From NCBI GenBank assembly GCA_963808235.1, contig CAWEEQ010000004.1:2432001-2496000 (forward strand): a DNA stretch of 64,000 bases. Direction: 5' to 3'. Shown here in pieces: positions 20,142 to 29,512 of this stretch (its first letter is position 1; each line of letters opens with the position of its first letter). The notes under the pieces were generated by a model, which saw only the letters and a program-made list of their open reading frames with translations, was not told the origin of the DNA and ran no database searches. The translations under genes and the position numbers were made by a program. Source of the DNA: an uncultured delta proteobacterium (lineage in GTDB: Bacteria > Desulfobacterota > Binatia > Binatales > Binataceae).

Positions 20142-20525
20142 ATGAAACGGGCGAAGAAGAAATTTGCAAAGCTGAACCATCTATTGATCAATGTGCGCGA
20201 CGCGGCGAAATCTCGCGACTGGTACGTGAAGAATCTCGGATTGAAGATCGAGTTCCAGGTGCCGGCGCAGGGATTTGTCGCGCTCGAAGATGATTGGGGG
20301 ATGGCGCTGTTAATTGGCGAAGGGAAGCCCTTGAGGGGGGCGGCATCAGGATTCGTCATTCACTTTGAAGTGGAGGATGTGGATGTGCGTTATCGAGCGA
20401 TGAAGGCGAAGGGGGTGAAGTTCGTGCATCCGCCGAAGCAGACGGTGTGGGGGTATGGGCCGGAGTTGAGGGATCCGGATGGGTATGTGATTCGGTTGTT
20501 TGATCATCGCAGCGTTTCGAAGTGA
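20142..20525 (+). CDS. VOC/glyoxalase family protein
   Basis: LNHLLINVRD...SRDWY..LGL; WGY...RDPDGYVIRL. Confidence 0.9.
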   Translation: MKRAKKKFAKLNHLLINVRDAAKSRDWYVKNLGLKIEFQVPAQGFVALEDDWGMALLIGEGKPLRGAASGFVIHFEVEDVDVRYRAMKAKGVKFVHPPKQTVWGYGPELRDPDGYVIRLFDHRSVSK

Positions 20526-20830
20526 AAGTCGTTCGGAAAATCTTCTTGATTTTTCTGCTGCTCGAGTCGCTTGGGCTGCCGACATTTTTTTTGGCAGTCA
20601 GGCATTATCAGTTGGAAAGCGAGACTGAGGAGCAGCTGGTCTCGATGTGGCCGCGGTCTGATGTGCCACTCGAGGATCGGCGCGCGGTGGTGAACATGAT
20701 GGTCAGCTACGGGGAGCTAGCGGCGGCGAACATGCTCGCATACACACTGCTCGCGTGGAGCGCCGTGTTCATCTACTGGCGATTTTTCAGACGTGCGGCG
20801 CTCGGCTCGGACGGCGTCCGGTCGGGATGA
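20522..20830 (+). CDS. Hypothetical 2-TM membrane protein
   Basis: Two hydrophobic segments; GTGA overlap with the VOC gene. Confidence 0.55.
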   Translation: MKVVRKIFLIFLLLESLGLPTFFLAVRHYQLESETEEQLVSMWPRSDVPLEDRRAVVNMMVSYGELAAANMLAYTLLAWSAVFIYWRFFRRAALGSDGVRSG

Positions 20831-20856
20831 CCGCGGGAGAAACGAAGTAATCGCCA

Positions 20857-21636
20857 ATGGCATGGGAAGCAGTTGCCGGTCTCGAACAACGATATGGCGG
20901 CCGCCTCGGCGTCGCGGTTCTCGACACCGCGAGCACCCGGATGATCGCACATCGCGGCGACGAACGCTTTGCCCTGTGCAGTACGTTTAAGGTTCTTGCG
21001 GCCGCCTTCGTCCTGGCGCGGGTTGACGTTAGCGAAGAAAGCCTGAGTCGCCGGATCGTCTATGCGAGAGATTACCTGGTTCCCAATTCGCCGATCACCG
21101 AGAAGTACGCCGGCGACGGCGGCCTGACCGTCGGCGAAATCTGCGCGGCGGCTATGACGCTCAGCGATAATACAGCGGGGAACCTGTTACTCGACAGCTT
21201 TGGCGGGCCGCGGTCCCTGACGGCCTACGTGCGCTCGCTCGGCGACAGGATCACGCGACTCGACCGCCGAGAGACGGCGCTGAACGAGGCCAAGCCCGGC
21301 GATCCGCGCGACACGACCACACCGGTGGCGATGGCCAAAATTTTACGCGAAATCGTTCTCGGGAGCGCGCTATCCACCTCGTCACGCGAGCAACTAATCG
21401 CGTGGCTGGTCGCCAATCAGACCGGAGACAAGCGGCTGCGCGCCGGCGTGCCGAAAGGCTGGCGGGTCGGGGACAAGACCGGCTCGGGCGCGAACAACGC
21501 GACCAACGACGTCGCAGTCATCTGGAGGCCCCGCGCGCCGATCATCGTGGCGGCCTATTATGCCGAGGCTCGCGCATCGGATGACGAGCGAAATGCAGTT
21601 CTCTCAGAGGTCGGTCGTCTCGCGGCGGCATCGTGA
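20857..21636 (+). CDS. bla: Class A beta-lactamase lacking a signal peptide
   Basis: STFK, SDN, ETALN and DKTG motifs; in-frame TAA at 20848 just upstream. Confidence 0.92.
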   Translation: MAWEAVAGLEQRYGGRLGVAVLDTASTRMIAHRGDERFALCSTFKVLAAAFVLARVDVSEESLSRRIVYARDYLVPNSPITEKYAGDGGLTVGEICAAAMTLSDNTAGNLLLDSFGGPRSLTAYVRSLGDRITRLDRRETALNEAKPGDPRDTTTPVAMAKILREIVLGSALSTSSREQLIAWLVANQTGDKRLRAGVPKGWRVGDKTGSGANNATNDVAVIWRPRAPIIVAAYYAEARASDDERNAVLSEVGRLAAAS

Positions 21637-21674
21637 GGCTTCGAGCGAGATCGGATAAGAGGACACGACGATCG

Positions 21675-22148
21675 ATGACGACAGAGAAGAACAAGGGTCG
21701 AGGGTGTGTGGTTGTCTTCAGACGACTGGGATGGTTGGTGCTGGTTGGTTGTATCCTCGCGGGATGCCGAGGACTTTCCGCCGCGGATTCGGGCGACGAT
21801 ACAGAAAAATGGCAAGGTACCTGGAAACTGATTGGCTCCTCTTATGACGGCGGTCCGCAAATGGCGGATATGGAGTGGATCGTTGATGGCGATCACTACA
21901 ACATGCGGATGAATGGGCACACCGGCGAAGATCCATACATGATCAAGCTCGATGCGAGCCGGAAGCGGATCGACGTTTTTCATCATGAGACGCCGCCGGG
22001 GACTTATGGGGGCAAGGTAAAGGGGATTTACGAGATTGGCGGTGGCTCGCTGACTGTGTGCTACGACCTTACCGGCGAGCGATATCCGGAATCGTTTGAT
22101 GCGAAGCGGGGGTCGCGGCAGGTGGTGTATCGGTTTCGGCGGGAGTGA
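21675..22148 (+). CDS. TIGR03067-like secreted/lipoprotein
   Basis: LAGC lipobox; QGTW...IKLDA...KGIYEI..GSLTVCY...P..F pattern. Confidence 0.8.
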   Translation: MTTEKNKGRGCVVVFRRLGWLVLVGCILAGCRGLSAADSGDDTEKWQGTWKLIGSSYDGGPQMADMEWIVDGDHYNMRMNGHTGEDPYMIKLDASRKRIDVFHHETPPGTYGGKVKGIYEIGGGSLTVCYDLTGERYPESFDAKRGSRQVVYRFRRE

Positions 22149-22241
22149 GCGGACGCAGCGAGTCGGATGCGGTACCGGCGGCGCTGGCGCGAAGCTGTTT
22201 TCGAGGGGTGGTGGCGCGAGCACGGAGGCGCGCGCATCAAT

Positions 22242-22266
22242 CACGGGCAGGGACGCCCGTGCCACT
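22242..22266. repeat. REP palindrome
   Basis: cacgggcagggacgcccgtgccac, a RAYT-associated REP-type hairpin with CCAC foot. Confidence 0.6.
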
Positions 22267-22429
22267 AGTTTTTTTCGGCGAGTGAGGGTTTGCGTCTCGG
22301 TTGTAAAATCGGACATGGTAAGTCAATTGCCGATGGGTGAAAGCTCATCTGGCTTTGAAGAAATCGTCTAAGTAGGCCTAATCTGGGCGGTCTCGAGATT
22401 CGGTCTTCCTCACTTTGACAATCAAACTT

Positions 22430-22713
22430 CGAGGAGAACTACGCGAACTTGCTCATTGCCGATGCGGGTTTGGATCAGAATGCAGGCGCCGATCGTGACG
22501 ATGGCGCTGCTCTCGCAGCTGGTGAGCACCCGCGTCTATGAGGAGGTGGGCTTGCCGGCGCAGGCGGCGAGCGTGGCGCGGCGCAATCCGGCGCGAGCTC
22601 GCTTCTGGCAGGATTCCTGCGCGGAGCTGATCGAGTTCCTCGATCAGATCGGCGCGGTCAACTGGCGCGTCGCGCCAGTCTGGCGCGCCTTGGGGATGCT
22701 GGAGAGCGCATAG
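22430..22713 (+). pseudogene. 3' remnant of an AurF-like diiron oxygenase
   Basis: LVSTRVYEEVGL...ARRNP...LIEFLDQIG...VWRALGML resembles AurF-family C-termini; no 5' part or diiron motifs upstream. Confidence 0.6.
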
Positions 22714-22860
22714 GCCGGCGCTTCGCGCCGGCTGCGTGTCGGGTAGGTGTAGCACCAGAAGCTGTGCTCCACCCTGATTGTGGCTTGAACCGCAGAAGTC
22801 CCACCTACCGACCGCTGCGCGATCGGCTTCCTCTCCGTAGAAGCACCCTCGTCCGCGCCG
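22714..22860. ncRNA. Orphan structured non-coding element (resembles an IS110-type non-coding end)
   Basis: Long stem gtcgggtaggtg/cacctaccgac enclosing two hairpins, with further hairpins on each side; no credible ORF. Confidence 0.4.
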
Positions 22861-22948
22861 CAGACGCGGCCTCTTCCGCAACCAAGCGGGAGGGATAACG
22901 AGTGGCGCGGAACGCGACATCCTAACTTGGGCAAGGTAATTCTGGCGT

Positions 22949-23007
22949 TTGACAGTTTTTCTCGATCGCGCTATGAGGTTTAGTTCAGAATATGAAGCCT
23001 CATTCAT
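22949..23007 (+). promoter_or_regulatory. Sigma70 promoter plus TetR-like operator
   Basis: TTGACA(22949)-17-TATGAG; dyad ATGAA-gcctca-TTCAT at 22992-23007. Confidence 0.55.
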
Positions 23008-23026
23008 TTTGCGTCTTTGAGGTTCG

Positions 23027-23794
23027 ATGAGCGTTCAGGAACGGCATCGGCGGGAGCGGCGGGCGCGAGGCGAGGCGATACTTTCGTCGGCGTTTAAAGT
23101 TTTCGCCAAGCATGGGCTCGAGGGCACAACTATCGAAATGGTTGCGCGCGAGGCTGAGATCGCGGTCGGAACGATCTATCTTTACTTTGCATCGCGCGAC
23201 GACCTTTATTTGAGCCTTGCCGCGGAGCGCGCTGAGCAGTTGCGCGCGCGCTATCTTGAGATCTTTGCGCGCGAGCTTGACCCGCTGGGCGAGCTCAAGA
23301 CGATCGCGTCCGCTTACCTGGATTATCTGCGCGAGTCGCGCGAGCTGTTTTTGTCGCAGCATTCGGTCTATTACGCGAAGCTTCACAAGCGGCTCAAGCG
23401 AAAGTCGGAATTGCGCCATTTTCAGCAGCGTGATGGACTTGAGCCATGAGATCTTCGGGCTCTGGGAGGGCACGATTCGGCGCGCGTTCGTGGCCGGCGT
23501 GATCGCGAACTCGATGGGACCGAAAAAGACCGCGGCGGTGATCTGGGCGAGTATCAACGGCGCGTTCATGCTGATGGGCGACGACAATTTTTTCCGCGAC
23601 GTCACCGGCCTCAACCCGGAGCATTTTCTTGACGAGGCGCTGGAGTCGCATCTGGCGGAATCGCAGTTGACGAGTGCTCGCGGGTTTGCCGCTTCGCGAA
23701 ACAAAAGAAATCAGTTAGCGCGGTGCGCATTTCGCGCGCGCGGGATAGCAAAAATACCAACTCGGAAGAGGTTGCGCTCCCTGCCCCCGCGTAA
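23027..23794 (+). CDS. TetR/AcrR family regulator (apparent frameshifts at ~23420 and ~23708)
   Basis: HTH GLEGTTIEMVAREAEIAVGTIYLYFASRDDL; the C-terminal domain (IWASINGAF) is in another frame; both breaks fall in homopolymers (TTTT, AAAA). Confidence 0.8.
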
Positions 23795-23831
23795 TCGCGA
23801 CGGTGCCGCGACGCAAAAAGGAGAACGCTCT

Positions 23832-25130
23832 ATGAAATTTACCTGGTTCCATCTGATGCCGTACCGGTTCCTGCCGGAAGACTTCAAGGAAAAGTATCGC
23901 AGCGTGTGGGTCGATATTCCGCGCGACTTGTACGATCCGAAAGTCGGGCATCGGCTCTACAACGACTACCTCGATCAACTCGAGTACGCCGACGCGATGG
24001 GCTTCGACGGGCTCGGCGTCAACGAGCATCATCAGAACGCGTACGGGCTGATGCCGTCGCCGAATATCATGGCGGCGGCGCTGACCCGGCGCACGCGCAA
24101 CGCGAACCTGGTGGTGCTGGGCAACTCGATCGCGCTTTACAATCCGCCGATTCGGGTCGCGGAGGAATTCGCGATGCTCGACGTGATCTCGGGCGGGCGG
24201 CTGATCGCGGGATTCCCGGTCGGCACCTCGATGGACACCAACTTCTGCTACGGCGAAGTTCCGGCGACGATCCGCGAGAAGTATTACGAGGCGCACGATC
24301 TGATCCTGAAGGCGTGGAAGGCCAAGGACGTGTTCTCGTTCAACGGCAAGTACACCAAGCTGCGCTACGTGAACCTGTGGCCGAAGCCGCTCCAGCAGCC
24401 GCATCCGCCGATCTGGATTCCGGGCGGCGGGTCGGTGGAGACCTACGATTTCTGCGCGGACAACAATTACCAATACAGCTTCCTATCCTACTTCGGGTAT
24501 ATCGCGGGCAAGAAAGTTGCCGACGGCTACTGGGAAGTGATGGCGAAGAAGGGCAAGGAGCTGAATCCGTACAGCCTCGGCTTCGCGCAGGTGGTCGCGG
24601 TGGCGGAGACCGACGAGCAGGCGGAGAAGGATTTCGCGCCGCACATGGATTACTTCTACAACCGGTGCCTGCACGTTTATAACGGCTTCGCCGACGCGCC
24701 GGGGTATCGCACGGTCAAGACGATCAAGGCGGGCGTGCTCGGACAGGTTGGCGATCAGGCGGCGCTGCGGCGCGAGGGCCTTAAGTGGAAGGACTTCCTC
24801 GAGCAGGGTTACGTGATCGCGGGCTCGCCGAAGACGGTGCGCGAGCGTTTGCGTGAGGCGATGACCTCGCTCAACTGCGGGCATCTGATGATCCTGCAGC
24901 AGATCGGCTCGATGCCGCCGGAGCTGGTGCGCAAGAGCACCAATCTGTTCGCGACCGAAGTGATGCCGCACATGCGCGACTTGTGGAGCAACTTCGAAGA
25001 TCGATGGTCGCCGAAGCGCGATCTTCCGCAGGCGGATTTCGCGGTTCCGAATCCGGTCCATTTTGAGAAACGCGAAGTCAACGGCAAAGTCCGGACGGGC
25101 GCCGGCGCGGAGGCTCGCAGCGCAAAATGA
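23832..25130 (+). CDS. LLM class flavin-dependent monooxygenase
   Basis: GFDGLGVNEHH, PPIRVAEEFAMLDVISGGRL, PKPLQQPHPPIW; AAGGAG SD before ATG 23832. Confidence 0.95.
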   Translation: MKFTWFHLMPYRFLPEDFKEKYRSVWVDIPRDLYDPKVGHRLYNDYLDQLEYADAMGFDGLGVNEHHQNAYGLMPSPNIMAAALTRRTRNANLVVLGNSIALYNPPIRVAEEFAMLDVISGGRLIAGFPVGTSMDTNFCYGEVPATIREKYYEAHDLILKAWKAKDVFSFNGKYTKLRYVNLWPKPLQQPHPPIWIPGGGSVETYDFCADNNYQYSFLSYFGYIAGKKVADGYWEVMAKKGKELNPYSLGFAQVVAVAETDEQAEKDFAPHMDYFYNRCLHVYNGFADAPGYRTVKTIKAGVLGQVGDQAALRREGLKWKDFLEQGYVIAGSPKTVRERLREAMTSLNCGHLMILQQIGSMPPELVRKSTNLFATEVMPHMRDLWSNFEDRWSPKRDLPQADFAVPNPVHFEKREVNGKVRTGAGAEARSAK

Positions 25131-25909
25131 ATACGACGCAAAGAGTCGCCAACGGAAAATTCTCGATCGAGATGCAGACTTACGGGAGCGGCGAGCCGCT
25201 GCTGTTCCTGCACGGCGCGGGCGGATTGATGCCGGTCGAGCCGTTCCTCGAAGATCTCGGTCGCGACTTCAAAGTCTACGCGCCGCAGTTTCCCGGCTAC
25301 GGCGATTCGACCGGCAACGAGCATATAGATGATATCGCCGACGCGGTGCTCTTCTATCACGAGCTGATGGACGAGCTGGGAATTCCGACCGCGAATATCG
25401 TGGGACATTCGATGGGCGGGATGCTGGCGGCGGAAGTCGCGGCATTCGACATTCATCGCGCGAAGAAGCTGGTGCTGATCGCGCCGGCCGGTTTCTGGAT
25501 CGACGAGATCCCGATTCCCGATCTGTTCGCGGCGCAACTGACCGAGATCGCGCCGCTGCTGTTCCACGATCCGAATTCGCCGGCGGCGCAGATGATGACC
25601 GCGATTCCCACCGATTTCAAAGCGCTCGAGACGATGTACGTCGAGCGGGTGAAGCGGCTTGCGACGGCGAGCAAGTTCCTGTGGCCGATACCGGATCGCG
25701 GTTTGAAGAAACGCGCCTACCGGATTCATGCGCCGACGCTCCTATTGTGGGGCGACGACGACAAGCTGATCCCGCCGGCCTATGCGAAGGAGTTCCTGAG
25801 CCGAATCAAGGACAGCAAGCTCGAGCTGATCAAGAATGCCGGGCACATGGTGATGTACGAGCAGCAGGAAGCGCTGGTCGATGCGATACGAAAATTTTTG
25901 AAAAGTTGA
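25127..25909 (+). CDS. Alpha/beta fold hydrolase
   Basis: FLHGAGG, GHSMGG, AGH; ATGA coupling to the LLM gene. Confidence 0.93.
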   Translation: MNTTQRVANGKFSIEMQTYGSGEPLLFLHGAGGLMPVEPFLEDLGRDFKVYAPQFPGYGDSTGNEHIDDIADAVLFYHELMDELGIPTANIVGHSMGGMLAAEVAAFDIHRAKKLVLIAPAGFWIDEIPIPDLFAAQLTEIAPLLFHDPNSPAAQMMTAIPTDFKALETMYVERVKRLATASKFLWPIPDRGLKKRAYRIHAPTLLLWGDDDKLIPPAYAKEFLSRIKDSKLELIKNAGHMVMYEQQEALVDAIRKFLKS

Positions 25910-25934
25910 TCGCCGGATTCAAGAGATCGACGGC

Positions 25935-25964
25935 CGGCCGGAGCGGAGACGCTTCGGCCGTTTT
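25935..25964 (+). terminator. Intrinsic terminator
   Basis: cggccggagcg-gaga-cgcttcggccg-TTTT. Confidence 0.75.
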
Positions 25965-26020
25965 CGTTGGGACGATCGTAACTCTTGCGGGAGCCTTGAT
26001 CTGCGATTAGGTTGCCCTGC

Positions 26021-26450
26021 ATGGACCAATCGGCAGAATCTCGGCGTTGCGTCGCGCGGCCTGTTTCTCACGATCATAACTGCGCTGTTCGTCTTGCTTG
26101 CTATTTCGGATTTCACCAAGGGGCTGCAGTACGCAAATGATCCCGCGGTAGGCGGACTGGTAATCCTCGGACACAAGTTTCAGGGAGTCGGAATAAATCT
26201 CGTGCTCGGTCCGATTTTCGGGATCGTGCTGCTGATTTATGCGTTCGGAATATGGCGGCTTAGGGCGTGGGTGCTGCCGCTTGCGATCGTGTATGCGTTT
26301 TACGTGCCGGCGAACATGGTGCTGTTCTGGTCGCTACATCAACTGAAGCCGCCGACGGTGGGGTTCATAGTTGTGTACCTGATCCTTTCACTGGGCGGTT
26401 CGGTGGGCACTGCGATCTATCTCGCTTATCATCGCGAACGGCTCCGCTGA
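26021..26450 (+). CDS. Hypothetical 4-TM membrane protein (probable +1 frameshift at ~26032)
   Basis: The hydrophobic frame extends upstream to GVASRGLFLTII; ATG 26021 joins it after removing one G. Confidence 0.7.
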
Positions 26451-26484
26451 CGACTTAAGTTCTTAGCCATTAACAAATTTGCGG

Positions 26485-26522
26485 TTGACGCGAACTCGCG
26501 AGGGTTTTAAATTGCAACCATT
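26485..26522 (+). promoter_or_regulatory. Sigma70 promoter with a conserved box, near-leaderless
   Basis: TTGACG-17-TAAATT, ATG about 10 nt later; the box is repeated at 27184-27202. Confidence 0.65.
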
Positions 26523-27131
26523 ATGAAAATATATGGTTTCGCTCTCGCCCCTAATCCTCGGCGGCTCAGAATTTTCGTGGCGGAAAAAGGACTGAAGATC
26601 CCCTCTGAGGAAGTCAACATTCTGGAAGGCAAGAATCGCACGCCGGAAATGCTCGCGAAGAATCCTGCCGGCGGTCTGCCATTCATGGAACTCGACGACG
26701 GCAGCCATCTGGCCGAGTCGGTCGCTATCTGCCGCTACCTGGAGGGGTTGCATCCGGAGCCCAACTTGATGGGCAAGGACAATCGCGAGCAGGCGGAAAT
26801 CGAGATGTGGAATCGGCGCATCGAGCTGGGCTTGTTCGGCGCGGTCGGGCGAGCGTTCCAGCATACCAACGAATTGTTCAAAGGGCGGCTCAAGCAGATG
26901 CCCGAGTACGGCGCGACGCAGCGCGAGGTCGCGGAGCAGCAGTTCAAGTGGCTCGACGAGCAGATCGGCAACAAGCCGTTTATCGCGGGCAATCGTTTCA
27001 CGATCGCGGATATCACAGCCGAGGTGGCGGTCGATTTCGGCGAATTCGCGGGGGTGAAATACGATCCGGCGCTGAAGAATCTCGCGCGATGGCATAAGTC
27101 GGTGTCGAGCCGGCCGAGCGCGAAGGCATAG
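26523..27131 (+). CDS. Glutathione S-transferase
   Basis: APNPRR, NPAGGLP, ESVAICRYL, FTIADI. Confidence 0.95.
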   Translation: MKIYGFALAPNPRRLRIFVAEKGLKIPSEEVNILEGKNRTPEMLAKNPAGGLPFMELDDGSHLAESVAICRYLEGLHPEPNLMGKDNREQAEIEMWNRRIELGLFGAVGRAFQHTNELFKGRLKQMPEYGATQREVAEQQFKWLDEQIGNKPFIAGNRFTIADITAEVAVDFGEFAGVKYDPALKNLARWHKSVSSRPSAKA

Positions 27132-27163
27132 CGGCTGGATTCCATCGGCGCAGGTTTGATCGT

Positions 27164-27202
27164 TTGACTATTGCGGCTGGTCAGTTTTAAATTGCAACCA
27201 CT
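27164..27202 (+). promoter_or_regulatory. Second copy of the GST promoter/box
   Basis: TTGACT-18-TAAATT; gttttaaattgcaacca identical to the first copy. Confidence 0.65.
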
Positions 27203-27814
27203 ATGAAAATTTACGAGTTTACTCAGGCTCCGAATCCACGCCGCGTGCGCGTCTTCCTCGCGGAAAAAGGCATCAACAACGTTCCTTTCGAGCAGGTCAA
27301 CATCGCGACCGCGGATAACCGCAAGCCCGAGTTCCTGAAAATTAATCCAATGGGCGGGTTGCCGGTGCTCGAGCTCGACGACGGCACTCATATTGCGGAG
27401 TCGGTTGCGATTTGCCGGTACTTCGAGGAGTCCAAGCCGGAGCCGCGCTTGATGGGCGTCGACGCGAAGGACAAGGCGGTCGTCGAGATGTGGAACCGGC
27501 GGATGGAGCTGGAGCTATTGTCGATGACGGCGGGCGCGTTCCGCAACACCAGCGATTTCTTCAAGGGGCGCATCCCGCAGGTTCCGGAGTATGGCGAGAT
27601 CTGCAAGGGGGCGGCAATCAAGCGGCTCGAATGGCTGGACACGGTGCTGGCCGATCGCGAGTTTATCGCGGGGCCGCGCTACACGATTGCGGATATCACG
27701 GCGCTGATCGGAGTCGACTTCGGCAGGACCACCGGGATCAGGATCCAGGAGAATCAGAAGAACCTCGCGCGATGGCACAAGGCGGTATCGAGCCGTCCGA
27801 GTGCGAAGGCGTAA
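27203..27814 (+). CDS. Glutathione S-transferase (tandem paralog)
   Basis: Same motifs; identical C-terminal SSRPSAKA. Confidence 0.95.
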   Translation: MKIYEFTQAPNPRRVRVFLAEKGINNVPFEQVNIATADNRKPEFLKINPMGGLPVLELDDGTHIAESVAICRYFEESKPEPRLMGVDAKDKAVVEMWNRRMELELLSMTAGAFRNTSDFFKGRIPQVPEYGEICKGAAIKRLEWLDTVLADREFIAGPRYTIADITALIGVDFGRTTGIRIQENQKNLARWHKAVSSRPSAKA

Positions 27815-27816
27815 GC

Positions 27817-27852
27817 TAACCCTCGGCCCCTTCCCTTGAGGAAGGGGGGAGA
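27817..27852. repeat. REP-like hairpin between convergent genes
   Basis: ctaaccctcggccccttcccttgaggaagggggg. Confidence 0.55.
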
Positions 27853-27897
27853 ACAAGTTTTTTGGCACTGGTTCGATTTGAGCCAGTGCCAATTTTT

Positions 27898-28374
27898 TTA
27901 GCGCGAAGAGTTAACGGCGAACGCTGTAGGCGGCGAGAGCGGAGGATAGATCGGCGTGTAGATTCTGTAGAGCATCAGGTAAACGATCACGCCGGTTACT
28001 GAGACGTACATCCATAGCGGCCAGGTCCATCGCGCGATGCGGCGATGGCGATGGAATTTGCCGCGCAGCGCGAACCACATCGTAATGAGGGCGAGCGGCA
28101 CGATGATGCCGGCCAGGATCACGTGCGGGATCAGGATCGCAAAGTATAGCGCGCGGACCCATCCGTGGCCGGAGAAGCGAACGTTGCCGACTTCGTAGTG
28201 ATAGAGCAGGTACGAGCTGAGGAAGACCGTCGAGACGGCAAAGGTGCTGATCATGCAGGCGCGATGCGCGCGCACCCATCTTAACTTTATGAAAATGAAT
28301 CCGCAGAGCAGCAGCAGCGTGGCGCATCCGTTGAGGATCGCGTTGAGCGGCGCCAGCGAGTGATAAGAATCCAA
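27898..28374 (-). CDS. DUF420 membrane protein
   Basis: LNAILN...HRACM...HRRIARWTWPLWMYVSVTG. Confidence 0.92.
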   Translation of the reverse strand: MDSYHSLAPLNAILNGCATLLLLCGFIFIKLRWVRAHRACMISTFAVSTVFLSSYLLYHYEVGNVRFSGHGWVRALYFAILIPHVILAGIIVPLALITMWFALRGKFHRHRRIARWTWPLWMYVSVTGVIVYLMLYRIYTPIYPPLSPPTAFAVNSSR

Positions 28375-28377
28375 CTA

Positions 28378-28758
28378 CTACTGCGTGGGCGCCGGCGAGG
28401 TTATGTCCGGATTCGCGGGAGCTGACACCTTGATCTTGTGATCGAACCGGGTCCACAGGCGCGTGGTCAGATCAGGCAGAAGCATGAAGCACAGAAACGT
28501 CACCAGGATGATCGGGATGATCGCGATGATCGCGAGCGCTCTGCGCTCGATCGCCAGGTGCATGAAGTACATCGCGACCAGCACCGCCTTCGCGAACGCG
28601 AGCGCGACCAGCAGGCCGACCTTGGCCACCTGGGGCAAGCCGATCGCATAGACGAACAGCTCGACCCCGGTGAGTATGGAGAGGTAGACGAAGATTGCGA
28701 TGTAGTTCGGCTCGGCGTGATCAACCGCATGTCCTGGAACCGCTGCTTGCGTCGTCAT
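28378..28758 (-). CDS. Cytochrome c oxidase subunit IV (CtaF-like)
   Basis: LT.VE...AFAKAVLVAMYFMHL..E. Confidence 0.9.
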   Translation of the reverse strand: MTTQAAVPGHAVDHAEPNYIAIFVYLSILTGVELFVYAIGLPQVAKVGLLVALAFAKAVLVAMYFMHLAIERRALAIIAIIPIILVTFLCFMLLPDLTTRLWTRFDHKIKVSAPANPDITSPAPTQ

Positions 28759-28822
28759 TGATTGAATTCCGTCCCCGTCGTAAATGGCCGCGCGGCCGTT
28801 GTTCAGCCTTTTGGTGAAATCT

Positions 28823-29455
28823 CTAAATCAAATAAATGAACGTGAAGATCAGGATCCAGACCAGGTCGACGAAGTGCCAGTAGAGGCCCGCGACCTCGAC
28901 CAGGTTCGCTTTCGCCTGCGGCAGCTTGCCCATCATTCCGCGAATCAGAAGCACGCTGTTATAAACCACGCCGCCGGTAACGTGCATGCCGTGGAATCCG
29001 GTCAGAATGAAGAACGTCGCGTCGAAGAGATCGCGCTTGACCGACATCCCTCGCTCGCCGATCAGATGATGCCATTCGAACGCCTGCATCCCGAGGAAGA
29101 GGAGTCCGCCCAGCACCGTCAGCGCCATGAAGTTGCGAAACTTCGACTGGTTGCCGTGCTGGATGCCGCTCAACGCCTCGACCATCGTGAGACTCGAGCA
29201 AATCAAGATGAAGGTCATCACGGCGGTGGTGGTGATACCGAGATAGTCGGCGGGCGACGGCCAGTTCGGATTGCCGATGCGCAGCGCGCCGTAGGCGGCG
29301 ATGCCGGCGCCGAAGGTCATCGCGTCGCCGGCCAGGAAGGTCCACATCCCGAGCTTGCCGAGATTTCCGGGCGTGACGGACGGTTCCAGTTGGTCGGCCT
29401 GCACCGCGCCGTGTGGTTGAGTCTCTGCTGCAGCAGCCTCGCTCATCGTTACCAT
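28823..29455 (-). CDS. Cytochrome c oxidase subunit III family protein
   Basis: GMWTFL, FFILTGFHGMHV, GLYWHFVDLVW. Confidence 0.94.
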   Translation of the reverse strand: MVTMSEAAAAETQPHGAVQADQLEPSVTPGNLGKLGMWTFLAGDAMTFGAGIAAYGALRIGNPNWPSPADYLGITTTAVMTFILICSSLTMVEALSGIQHGNQSKFRNFMALTVLGGLLFLGMQAFEWHHLIGERGMSVKRDLFDATFFILTGFHGMHVTGGVVYNSVLLIRGMMGKLPQAKANLVEVAGLYWHFVDLVWILIFTFIYLI

Positions 29456-29512
29456 CCTCTCCCGGTCAATTGGCTATAGTCAGTATGCATTCGAAGTGAG
29501 TAGTCTCCAATA

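Noticed and set aside
20142-22270. Integron cassette array
   Set aside because: No attC-like RYYYAAC...GTTRRRY sites and no integrase
22738-22812. TPP riboswitch, 6S, SRP, hammerhead or tRNA identity for the structured element
   Set aside because: It lacks GCUGAGA, the paired CUUGAACC/GGUUCAAG, the SRP domain IV motif, CUGAnGA/GAAA and a cloverleaf
23217-25130. Apparent TetR-C/LLM monooxygenase fusion (637 aa)
   Set aside because: The LLM has its own SD and ATG at 23832; two homopolymer indels restore a normal TetR ending at 23794
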